A stretch of 64,000 bases of DNA, from assembly GCF_009914755.1 (NCBI RefSeq), contig NC_060926.1; one strand, 5' to 3'. Positions 1 through 11,900 of this stretch are shown piece after piece. This DNA comes from the human T2T-CHM13v2.0 reference genome, Homo sapiens. Under the pieces are notes generated by a model. The model did no database searches. It was not told the DNA's origin and was given only the letters and a program-made list of their open reading frames with translations. Made by a program: the position numbers and the translations under genes. Every line of letters begins with the position of its first letter. The first letter of the stretch is position 1.

Positions 1-191
1 CATTTGGAGCGCTTTCAGGCCTATGGGGAAAAAGGAAATATCTTCCCCTGAAAACTAGGCAGAAGCATTCTCAGAAACTTATTTGTGGTGTGCGCCCTCA
101 ACTAACAGTGTTGAAGCTTTCTTTTGATAGAGCAGTTTTGAAACACTCTTTTTGAAAAATCTGCAAGAGGATATTTGGATAGCTTTGAGGA

Positions 192-208
192 TTTCGTTGG
201 AAACGGGA
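192..208 (+). promoter_or_regulatory. CENP-B box of monomer a (representative; recurs every 680 bp, mostly intact)
   Basis: tttcgttggaaacggga matches the 17-bp consensus YTTCGTTGGAARCGGGA; next copy at 872-888. Confidence 0.97.
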
Positions 209-362
209 TTGTTTTCATATACAATCTAGACAGAAGCATTCTCAGAAGCTTCATTGGGATGTTTCAATTGAAGTCACAGTGTTGAACAGTCCCTTTCGTA
301 GAGCAGGTTTGAAACACTCTTTTTGTAATATCTGGAAGTGGACATTTTGAGCGTTCTCAGGA

Positions 363-379
363 CTACGGTGAAAAAGGAA
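363..379 (+). promoter_or_regulatory. pJ-alpha protein-binding motif of A-type monomer b (representative)
   Basis: ctacggtgaaaaaggaa occupies the position equivalent to the CENP-B box and matches CTAYGGTGRAAAAGGAA. Confidence 0.8.
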
Positions 380-533
380 ATATCTTCCAATAAAAGCTAG
401 ATAGAAGTAATGTCAGAAACTTTTTCATGATGTATCTGCTCAGCTAACAGAGGTGAACCTTTCTTTTGAGAGAGCCGTTTTGAAACACTCTTTTTGTTGG
501 ATCTGCAGGTGGATATTTGTCTAGGTTTGAGGA

Positions 534-550
534 TTTCGTTGGAAACGGGA
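534..550 (+). promoter_or_regulatory. CENP-B box of monomer c (representative; recurs every 680 bp, often mutated to ttgcg in the left 42 kb)
   Basis: tttcgttggaaacggga; box spacing alternates 342/338 bp. Confidence 0.97.
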
Positions 551-700
551 TTACATATAAAAAGCAGACAGCAGCATTCCCAGAAACTTCTTTGTGATGT
601 TTGCATTCAAGTCACAGAGTTGAACATTCCCTTTCATAGAGCAGGTTTGAAACACTCTTTTTGTAGTATCTGGATGTGGACATTTGGAGCGCTCTCAGGC

Positions 701-717
701 CTATGGTGAAAAAGGAA
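701..717 (+). promoter_or_regulatory. pJ-alpha motif of A-type monomer d (representative)
   Basis: ctatggtgaaaaaggaa. Confidence 0.8.
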
Positions 718-3169
718 ATATCTTCCCCTGCAAACTAGACAGAAGCATTCTCAGAAACTTATTTGTGATGTGCGCCCTCAACTAACAATGTTGAACCTTT
801 CTTTTGATAGAGTAGTTTTGAAACACTCTTTTTGTAAAATCTGCAAGAGGATATTTGGATAGCATTGAGGATTTCGTTGGAAACGGGATTGTCTTCATAT
901 AAACTCTAGACAGTAGCATTCTGATAAGCTTCATTGGGATGTTTCAATTGAAGTCACAGTGTTGAACAGTCACTTTCATAGAGCAGGTTTGAAACACTCT
1001 TTTTGTAGCATCTGGAAGTGGACATTTGGAGCGCTCTCAGGACTACGGTGAAAAAGGAAATATCTTCCAATAAAAGCTAGATAGAAGAAATGTGAGAAAG
1101 TTTTTCATGATGTATCCACTCAGCTAAAAGAGTTGAACCTTTCTTTTGAGAGAGCAGTTTTGAAACACTCTTTTTGTGGAATCTGCAAGTGGATATTTGT
1201 CTAGCTTTGAGGATTTCGTTGGAAACGGGATTACATATAAAAAGCAGACAGCAGCATTCCCAGAAACTTCTTTGTGATGTTTGCATTCAAGTCACAGAGT
1301 TGAACATTCCCTTTCATAGAGCAGGTTTGAAACACTCTTTTTGTAGTGTCTGGATTTGGACATTTGGAGCCCTTTCAGGCCTATGGTGAAAAAGGAAATA
1401 TCTTCCACTGAAAACTAGACAGAAGTATTATCAGAAACTTATTTGTGATGTGCGCCCTCAACTAACAGTGTTGAAGCTTTCTTTTGATAGAGCAGTTTTG
1501 AAATATTCTTTTTGTAAAATCTGCAAGAAGATATTTGGATAGCTTTGAGGATTTCGTTGGAAACGGGATTGTCTTCATGTTAACCCTAGACAGTAGCATT
1601 CTCAGAAGCTTCATTGGGATGTTTCAATTGAAGTCACAGTGTTGAACAGTCCCTTTCATAGAGCAGGTTTGAAACACTCTTTTTGTAGCATCTGAAAGTG
1701 GACATTTGGAGCGTTCTCAGGACTACGGTGAAAAAGGAAATATCTTCCAATAAAAGCTAGATAGAAGCAATATCAGAAACTTTTTCATGATGTATCTACT
1801 CAGCTAAAAGAGTTGAACCTTTCTTTTGAGAGAGCAGTTGTGAAACACTATTTTTGTGGAAACTGCAAGTGGATATTTGTCTAGCTTTGAGGATTTCGTT
1901 GGAAACGGGATTACATATAAAATCAGATAGCAGCATTCCCAGAAAGTTCTTTGTGAAATTTGCATTCAAGTCACAGACTTGAACATTCCCTTTCATAGAG
2001 CAGGTTTGAAACACTCTTTTTGTAGTATCTGGATGTGGACATTTGGAGCGCTTTCAGGCCTATGGTGAAAAAGGAAATATCTTCCCCTGAAAACTAGACA
2101 GAAGCATTCTCAGAAACTTATTTGTGATGTGCGCCCTCAACTAACAGTGTTGAACCTTTCTGTTGATAGAGCAGTTTTGAAACACTCTTTTTGTAAAATC
2201 TGCAAGAGGATATTTGGATAGCTTTGAGGATTTCGTTGGAAACGGGATTGCCTTCATATAGAATCTAGACAGAAGCATTCTCAGAAGCTTCATTGGGATG
2301 TTTCAATTGAAGTCACAGTGTTGAACAGTCCCTTTCATAGAGCAGGTTTGAAACACTCTTTTTGTAGTATCTGGAAGTGGACATTTGGAGCGTTCTCAGG
2401 ACTACAGTGAAAAAGGAAATATCTTCCAATAAAAGCTAGATAGAAGCAATGTCAGAAAATTTTTCATGATGTATCTACTCAGCTAACAGAGTTGAACCTT
2501 TCTTTTGAGAGAGCAGTTTTGAAACACTCTTTTTGTGGAATCTGCAAGTGGATATTTGTCTAGCTTTGAGGATTGCGATGGAAACGGGATTCCATATAAA
2601 AAGCAGACAGCAGCATTCCCAGAAACTTCTTTGTGATATTTGCATTCAAGTCACAGACTTGAACATTCCCTTTCATAGAGCAGGTTTGAAACACTCTTTT
2701 TGTAGTATCTCGATGTGGACATTTGGAGCGCTTTCAGGCCTATGGTGAAAAAGGAAATATCTTCCCCTGAAAACTAGACAGAAGCATTCTCAGAAACTTA
2801 TTTGTGATGTGCGCCCTCAACTAACAGTGTTAAACCTTTCTTTTTGTAGAGTAGTTTTGAAACACTCTTTTTGTAAAATCTGCAAGAGGATATTTGGATA
2901 GCTTTGAGGATTTCGTTGGAAACGGGATTGTCTTCATATTAACCCTAGACAGTAGCATTCTCAGAAGCTTCATTGGGATGTTTCAATTGAAGTCACAGTG
3001 TTGAACAGTCCCTTTCATCGAGCAGATTTGAAACACTCTTTTTGTAATATCTGGAAGTGGACATTTGGAGCGTTCTCAGGACTACAGTGAAAAAGGAAAT
3101 ATCTTCCAATAAAACCTAGATAGAAGCAATGTCAGAAAATTTTTCATGATGTGTCTACTCAGCTAACAG

Positions 3170-5905
3170 AGTTGAACCTTTCTTTTGAGAGAGCAGTTTT
3201 GAAACACTCTTTTTGTGGAATCTGCAAGTGGATATTTGTCTAGCTTTGAGGATTGCGTTGGAAACGGGATTACATATAAAAAGCAGACAGCAGCATTCCC
3301 AGAAACTTCTTTGTGATATTTGCATTCAAGTCACAGACTTGAACATTCCCTTCCATAGAGCAGGTTTGAAACACTCTTTTTGTAGTATCTGGATGTGGAC
3401 ATTTGGAGCGCTTTCAGGCCTATGGTGAAAAAGGAAATATCTTCCCCTGAAAACTAGACAGAAGCATTCTCAGAAACTTATTTGTGATGTGCGCCCTCAA
3501 CTAACAGTGTTAAACCTTTCTTTTGATAGTGTAGTTTTGAAACACTCTTTTTGTAAAATCTGCAAGAGGATATTTGGATAGCTTTGAGGATTTCGTTGGA
3601 AACGGGATTGTCTTCATATAAACTCTAGACAGTAGCATTCTCAGAAGTTTCATTGGGATGTTTCAACTGAAGTCACAGTGTTGAACAGTCCCTTTCATAG
3701 AGCAGGTTTGAAACACTCTTTTTGTAGTATCTGGAAGTGGACATTTGGAGCGCTCTCAGGACTACGGTGAAAAAGGAAATATCTTCCAATAAAAGCTAGA
3801 TAGAAGCAATGTCAGAAACTTTTTCATGATGTATCTACTCAGCTAACAGAGTTGAACCTTTCTTTTGAGAGAGCAGATTTGAAACACTCTTTTTGTGGAA
3901 TCTGCAAGTGGATATTTGTCTAGCTTTGAGGATTTCGTTGGAAACGGGATTACATATAAAAAGCAGACAGCAGCATTCCCAGAAACTTCTTTGTGATGTT
4001 TGCATTCAAGTCACAGAGTTGAACATTCCCTTTCATAGAGCAGGTTTGAAACACTCTTTTTGTAGTATCTGGATGTGGACATTTGGAGCGCTTTCAGGCC
4101 TATGGTGAAAAAGGAAATATCTTCCACTGAAAACTAGACAGAAGTAGTCTCAGAAACTTATTTGTGATGTGCGCCCTCAACTAATAGTGTTGAAGCTTTC
4201 TTTTGATAGAGCAGTTTTGAAACATTCTTTTTGTAAAATCTGCAAGAGGATATTTGGATAGCTTTGAGGATTTCGTTGGAAACGGGATTGTCTTCATATT
4301 AACCCTAGACAGTAGCATTCTCAGAAGCTTCATTGGGATGTTTCAATTGAAGTCACAGTGTTGAACAGTCCCTTTCATAGAGCAGGTTCGAAACACTCTT
4401 TTTGTAGCATCTGGAAGTGGACATTTGGAGCGTTCTCAGGACTACGGTGAAAAAGGAAATATCTTCCAATAAAAGCTAGATAGAAGCAATGTCAGAAACT
4501 TTTTCATGATGTATCTACTCAGCTAAAAGAGTTGAACCTTTCTTTTGAGAGAGCAGTTTTGAAACACTCTTTTTGTGGAATCTGCAAGTGGATATTTGTC
4601 TAGCTTTGAGGATTGCGTTGGAAACGGGATTACATATAAAAAGCAGACAGCAGCATTCCCAGAAACTTCTTTGTGATATTTGCATTCAAGTCACAGACTT
4701 GAACATTCCCTTCCATAGAGCAGGTTTGAAACACTCTTTTTGTAGTATCTGGATGTGGACATTTGGAGCGCTTTCAGGCCTATGATGAAAAAGGTAATAT
4801 CTTCCCCTGAAAACTAGACAGAAGCATTCTCAGAAACTTATTTGTGATGTGCGCCCTCAACTAACAGTGTTAAACCTTTCTTTTGATAGAGTAGTTTTGA
4901 AACACTCTTTTTGTAAAATCTGCAAGAGGATATTTGGATAGCTTTGAGGATTTCGTTGGAAACGGGATTGTCTTCATATAAACTCTAGACAGTAGCATTC
5001 TCAGAAGCTTCATTGGGATGTTTCAACTGAAGTCACAGTGTTGAACAGTCCCTTTCATAGAGCAGGTTTGAAACACTCTTTTTGTAGCATCTGGAAGTGG
5101 ACATTTGCAGCGCTCTCAGGACTACGGTGAAAAAGGAAATATCTTCCAATAAAAGCTAGATAGAAGCAATGTCAGAAACTTTTTCATGATGTATCTACTC
5201 AGCTAACAGAGTTGAACCTTTCTTTTGAGAGAGCAGTTTTGAAACACTCTTTTTGTGGAATCTGCAAGTGGATATTTGTCTAGCTTTGAGGATTTCGTTG
5301 GAAACGGGATTACATATAAAAAGCAGATAGCAGCATTCCCAGAAACTTCTTTGTGATGTTTGCATTCAAGTCACAGAGTTGAACATTCCCTTTCATAGAG
5401 CAGGTTTGAAACACTCTTTTTGTAGTATCTGGATGTGGACATTTGGAGCGCTTTCAGGCCTATGGTGAAAAAGGAAATATCTTCCACTGAAAACTAGACA
5501 GAAGTAGTCTCAGAAACTTATTTGTGATGTGCGCCCTCAACTAACAGTGTTGAAGCTTTCTTTTGACAGAGCAGTTTTGAAACATTCTTTTTGTAAAATC
5601 TGCAAGAGGATATTTGGATAGCTTTTAGGATTTCGTTGGAAACGGGATTGTCTTCATATTAACCCTAGACAGTAGCATTCTCAGAAGCTTCATTGGGATG
5701 TTTCAATTGAAGTCACAGTGTTGAACAGTCCCTTTCATAGAGCAGGTTCGAAACACTCTTTTTGTAGCATCTGGAAGTGGACATTTGGAGCGTTCTCAGG
5801 ACTACGGTGAAAAAGGAAATATCTTCCAATAAAAGCTAGATAGAAGCAATGTCAGAAACTTTTTCATGATGTATCTACTCAGCTAAAAGAGTTGAACCTT
5901 TCTTT
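3170..5905 (+). repeat. In-register tandem duplication, 1,360-bp unit (2 HORs)
   Basis: Variants shared at +1360: ttgcg box (3254/4614), ttccatag (3351/4711), tttcaactga (3661/5021), cttccactga and gaagtagtct (4141/5501), agcaggttcg (4381/5741). Several private differences are present. Confidence 0.75.
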
Positions 5906-8900
5906 TGCGAGAGCAGTTTTGAAACACTATTTTTGTGGAATCTGCAAGTGGATATTTGTCTAGCTTTGAGGATTTCGTTGGAAACGGGATTACATATAAA
6001 AAGCAGACAGCAGCATTCCCAGAAACTTCTTTGTGAAATTTGCATTCAAGTCACAGACTTGAACATTCCCTTTCATAGAGCAGGTTTGAAACACTCTTTT
6101 TGTAGTATCTGGATGTGGACATTTGGAGCGCTTTCAGGCCTATGGTGAAAAAGGAAATATCTTCCCCTGAAAACTAGACAGAAGCATTCCCAGAAACTTA
6201 TTTGTGATGTGCGCCCTCAACTAACAGTGTTGAACCTTTCTTTTGATAGAGCAGTTTTGAAACACTCTTTTTGTAAAATCTGCAAGAGGATATTTGGATA
6301 GCTTTGAGGATTTCGTTGGAAACGGGATTGTCTTCATATAGAATCTAGACAGAAGCATTCTCAGAAGCTTCATTCGGATGTTTCAATTGAAGTCACAGTG
6401 TTGAACAGTCCCTTTCATAGAGCATGTTTGAAACACTCTTTTTGTAGCATCTGGAAGTGGACATTTGGAGCGTTCTCAGGACTACAGTGAAAAAGGAAAT
6501 ATCTTCCAATAAAAGCTAGATAGAAGCAATGTCAGAAAATTTTTCATGATGTATCTACTCAGCTAACAGAGTTGAACCTTTCTTTTGAGAGAGCAGTTTT
6601 GAAACACTCTTTTTGTGTAATCTGCAAGTGGATATTTGTCTAGTTTTGAGGATTGCGTTGGAAACGGGATTACATATAAAAAGCAGACAGCAGCATTCCC
6701 AGAAACTTCTTTGTGATATTTGCATTCAAGTCACAGACTTCAACATTCCCTTTCATAGAGCAGGTTTGAAACACTCTTTTTGTAGTATCTGGATGTGGAC
6801 ATTTGGAGCGCTTTCAGGCCTATGGTGAAAAAGGAAATATCTTCCCCTGCAAACTGGATAGAAGCATTCTCAGAAACTTATTTGTGATGTGCGCCCTGAA
6901 CTAACAGTGTTGAACCTTTCTTTTGATAGAGCAGTTTCGAAACATTCTTTTTGTAAAATCTGCAAGAGGATATTTGCATAGCTTTGAGGATTTCGTTGGA
7001 AACGGGATTGTCTTCATATAGAATCTAGACAGAATCATTCTCAGAAGCTTCATTGGGATGTTTCAATTGAAGTCACAGTGTTGAACAGTCCCTTTCATAG
7101 AGCAGATTTGAAACACTCTTTTTGTAGTATCTGGAAGTGGACATTTGGAGCGTTCTCAGGACTACAGTGAAAAAGGAAATATCTTCCAATAAAAGCTAGA
7201 TAGAAGCAATGTCAGAAAATTTTTCATGATGTGTCTACTCAGCTAACAGAGTTGAACCTTTCTTTTGAGAGAGCAGTTTTGAAACACTCTTTTTGTGGAA
7301 TCTGCAAGTGGATATTTGTCTAGCTTTGAGGATTGCGTTGGAAACGGGATTACATATAAAAAGCAGACAGCAGCATTCCCAGAAACTTCTTTGTGATATT
7401 TGCATTCAAGTCACAGACTTGAACATTCCCTTCCATAGAGCAGGTTTGAAACACTCTTTTTGTAGTATCTGGATGTGGACATTTGGAGCGCTTTCAGGCC
7501 TATGGTGAAAAAGGAAATATCTTCCCCTGAAAACTAGACAGAAGCATTCTCAGAAACTTATTTGTGATGTGCGCCCTCAACTAACAGTGTTAAACCTTTC
7601 TTTTGATAGAGTAGTTTTGAAACACTCTTTTTGTAAAATCTGCAAGAGGATATTTGGATAGCTTTGAGGATTTCGTTGGAAACGGGATTGTCTTCATATA
7701 AACTCTAGACAGTAGCATTCTCAGAAGCTTCATTGGGATGTTTCAACTGAAGTCACAGTGTTGAACAGTCCCTTTCATAGAGCAGGTTTGAAACACTCTT
7801 TTTGTAGTATCTGGAAGTGGACATTTGGAGCGCTCTCAGGACTACGGTGAAAAAGGAAATATCTTCCAATAAAAGCTAGATAGAAGCAATGTCAGAAACT
7901 TTTTCATGATGTATCTACTCAGCTAACAGAGTTGAACCTTTCTTTTGAGAGAGCAGTTTTGAAACACTCTTTTTGTGGAATCTGCAAGTGGATATTTGTC
8001 TAGCTTTGAGGATTTCGTTGGAAACGGGATTACATATAAAAAGCAGACAGCAGCATTCCCAGAAACTTCTTTGTGATGTTTGCATTCAAGTCACAGAGTT
8101 GAACATTCCCTTTCATAGAGCAGGTTTGAAACACTCTTTTTGTAGTATCTGGATGTGGACATTTGGAGCGCTTTCAGGCCTATGGTGAAAAAGGAAATAT
8201 CTTCCACAGAAAACTAGACAGAAGTAGTCTCAGAAACTTATTTGTGATGTGCGCCCTCAACTAACAGTGTTGAACCTTTCTTTTGATAGAGCAGTTTTGA
8301 AACACTCTTTTGTAAAATCTGCAAGAGGATATTTGGATAGCTTTGAGGATTTCGTTGGAAACGGGATTGTCTTCATATAGAATCTAGACAGAAGCATTCT
8401 CAGAAGCTTCATTGGGATGTTTCAATTGAAGTCACAGTGTTGAACAGTACCTTTCATAGAGCAGGTTTGAAACACTCTTTTTGTAGTATCTGGAAGTGGA
8501 CATTTGGAGCGTTCTCAGGACTACAGTGAAAAAGGAAATATCTTCCAATAAAAGCTAGATAGAAGCAATGTCAGAAAATTTTTCATGATGTATCTACTCA
8601 GCTAACAGAGTTGAACCTTTCTTTTGAGAGAGCAGTTTGGAAACCCTCTTTTTGTGGAATCTGCAAGTGGATATTTGTCTAGCATTGAGGATTGCGTTTG
8701 AAACGGGGTTACATATAAAAAGCAGACAGCAGCATTCCCAGAAACTTCTTTGTGATATTTGCATTCAAGTCACAGTCTTGAACATTCCCTTTCATAGCGC
8801 AGGTTTGAAACACTCTTTTTGAAGTATCTGGATGTGGACATTTGGAGCGCTTTCAGGCCTATGGTGAAAAAAGAAATATGTTCCCCTGAAAACTAGACAG

Positions 8901-11900
8901 AAGCATTCTCAGAAACTTATTTGTGATGTGCGCCCTCAACTAACAGTGTTGAAGCTTTCTTTTGATAGAGCAGTTTTGAAACACTCTTTTTGTAAAATCC
9001 GCAAGAGGATATTTGGATAGCTTTGAGGATTTCGTTGGAAACGGGATTGTCTTCATATAGAATCTAGACAGAAGCATTCTCAGAAGCTTCATTCGGATGT
9101 TTCAATTGAAGTCACAGTGTTGAACAGTCCCTTTCATAGAGCATGTTTGAAACACTCTTTTTGTAGTATCTGGAAGTGGACATTTGGAGCGTTCTCAGGA
9201 CTACAGTGAAAAAGGAAATATCTTCCAATAAAAGCTAGATAGAAGCAATGTCAGAAAATTTTTCATGATGTATCTACTCAGCTAACAGAGTTGAACCTTT
9301 CTTTTGAGAGAGCAGTTTTGAAACACTCTTTTTGTGTAATCTGCAAGTGGATATTTGTCTAGTTTTGAGGATTGCGTTGGAAACGGGATTACATATAAAA
9401 AGCAGACAGCAGCATTCCCAGAAACTTCTTTGTGATATTTGCATTCAAGTCACAGACTTGAACATTCCCTTTCACAGAGCAGGTTTGAAACACTCTTTTT
9501 GTACTATCTGGATGTGGACATTTGGAGCGCTTTCAGGCCTATGGTGAAAAAGGAAATATCTTCCCCTGCAAACTAGATAGAAGCATTCTCAGAAACTTAT
9601 TTGTGATGTGCGCCCTCAACTAACAGTGTTGAACCTTTCTTTTGATAGAGCAGTTTCGAAACATTCTTTTTGTAAAATCTGCAAGAGGATATTTGCATAG
9701 CTTTGAGGATTTCGTTGGAAACGGGATTGTCTTCATATAGAATCTAGACAGAATCATTCTCAGAAGCTTCATTGGGATGTTTCAATTGAAGTCACAGTGT
9801 TGAACAGTCCCTTTCATAGAGCAGATTTGAAACACTCTTTTTGTAGTATCTGGAAGTGGACATTTGGAGCGTTCTCAGGACTACAGTGAAAAAGGAAATA
9901 TCTTCCAATAAAAGCTAGATAGAAGCAATGTCAGAAAATTTTTCATGATGTGTCTACTCAGCTAACAGAGTTGAACCTTTCTTTTGAGAGAGCAGTTTTG
10001 AAACACTCTTTTTGTGGAATCTGGAAGTGGATATTTGTCTAGCTTTGAGGATTGCGTTGGAAACGGGATTACATATAAAAAGCAGACAGCAGCATTCCCA
10101 GAAGCTTCTTTGTGATGTTTGCATTCAAGTGACAGAGTTGAACATTCCCTTTCATAGAGCAGGTTTGAAACACTCTTGTTGTAGTATCTGGATGTGGACA
10201 TTTGGAGCGCTTTCAGGCCTATGGTGAAAAAGGAAATATCTTCCCCTGAAAACTGGACAGAAGCATTCTCAGAATCTTATTTGTGATGTGCGCCCTCAAC
10301 TAACAGTGTTGAACCTTTCTTTTGATAGAGCAGTTTTGAAACAGTCTTTTTGTAAAATCTGCAATGGGATATTTGGATAGCTTTGAGGATTTCGTTGGAA
10401 ACGGGATTGTCTTCATATAAAATCTAGACAGAAGCATTCTCAGAAGCTTCATTGGGATGTTTCAATTGAAGTCACAGTGTTGAACAGTCCCTTTCATAGA
10501 GCAGGTTTGAAACACTCTTTTTGTAGTATCTGGAAGTGGACATTTGGAGCGTTCTCAGGACTACGGTGAAAAAGGAAATATCTTCCAATAAAAGCTAGAT
10601 AGAAGCAATGTCAGAAAATTTTTCATGATGTGTCTACTCAGCTAACAGAGTTGAACCTTTCTTGTGAGAGAGCCGTTTTGAAACACTCTTTTTGTGGAAT
10701 CTGCAAGTGGATATTTGTCTAGCTTTGAGGATTTCGTTGGAAACGGGATTACATATAAAAAGCAGACAGCAGCATTCCCAGAAACTTCTTTGTGATGTTT
10801 GCATTCAAGTCACAGAGATGAACATTCCCTTTCATAGAGCACGTTTGAGACACTCTTTTTGTAGTATCTGGATGTGGACATTTGGAGCGCTTTCAGGCCT
10901 ATGGTGAAAAAGGAAATATCTTCCCCTGAAAACTAGACAGAAGTATTCTCAGAAACTTATTTGTGATGTGCGCCCTCAACTAACAGTGTTGAACCTTTCT
11001 TTTGATAGAGCAGTTTTGAAACACTCTTTTTGTAAAATCTGCAAGAGGATATTTGGATAGATTTGAGGATTTCGTTGGAAACGGGATTGTCTTCATATAG
11101 AATCTAGACAGAAGCATTCTCAGAAGCTTCATTGGGATGTTTCAATTGAAGTCACAGTGTTGAACAGTCCCTTTCATAGAGCAGGTTTGAAACAATCTTT
11201 TTGTAGTATGTGGAAGTGGACATTTGGAGCGTTCTCAGGACTACGGTGAAAAAGGAAATATCTTCCAAATAAAGCTAGATAGAAGCAATGTCAGAAAATT
11301 TTTCATGATGTATCTACTCAGCTAAAAGAGTTGAACCTTTCTTTTGAGAGAGCAGTTTTGAAACACTCTTTTTGTGGAATGTGCAAGTGGATATTTGTCT
11401 AGCTTTGAGGATTTCGTTGGAAACGGGATTACATATAAAAAGCAGACAGCAGCATTCCCAGAAACTTCTTTGTGATATTTGCATTCAAGTCACAGAGTTG
11501 AACATTCCCTTTCATAGAGCAGGTTTGAAACACTCTTTTTGTAGTATCTGGATGTGGACATTTGGAGCGCTTTCAGGCCTATGGTGAAAAAGGAAATATC
11601 TTCCCCTGAAAACTAGACAGAAGCATTCTCAGAAACATATTTGTGATGTACGCCCTCAACTAGCAGTGTTGAACCTTTCTTTTGATAGAGCAGTTTTGAA
11701 ACACTCTTTTTGTAAAATCTGCAAGAGGATATTTGGATAGCTTTGAGGATTTCGTTGGAAACGGGATTGTCTTCATATAAAATCTAGACAGAAGCATTCT
11801 CAGAAGCTTCATTGGGTTGTTTCAATTGAAGTCACAGTGTTGAACAGTCCCTTTCATAGAGCATGTTTGAAACAATCTTTTTGTAGTATCTGGAAGTGGA

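Larger units (their letters stand above)
66..745 (+). repeat. First complete HOR unit: monomer a 66-236 (171 bp, CENP-B box), b 237-407 (171 bp, pJ-alpha site), c 408-574 (167 bp, CENP-B box), d 575-745 (171 bp, pJ-alpha site)
   Basis: Monomer starts were taken at the cattc/caatg position. Monomer c is 4 bp shorter just after its box (gggattacatataaaaagcaga vs gggattgtcttcatataaactctaga). Labels a-d are mine, not the published numbering. Confidence 0.9.

Noticed and set aside
389-394. AATAAA polyadenylation-like signal once per HOR
   Set aside because: It is an ordinary part of monomer b in AT-rich DNA, with no evidence of use from sequence alone.
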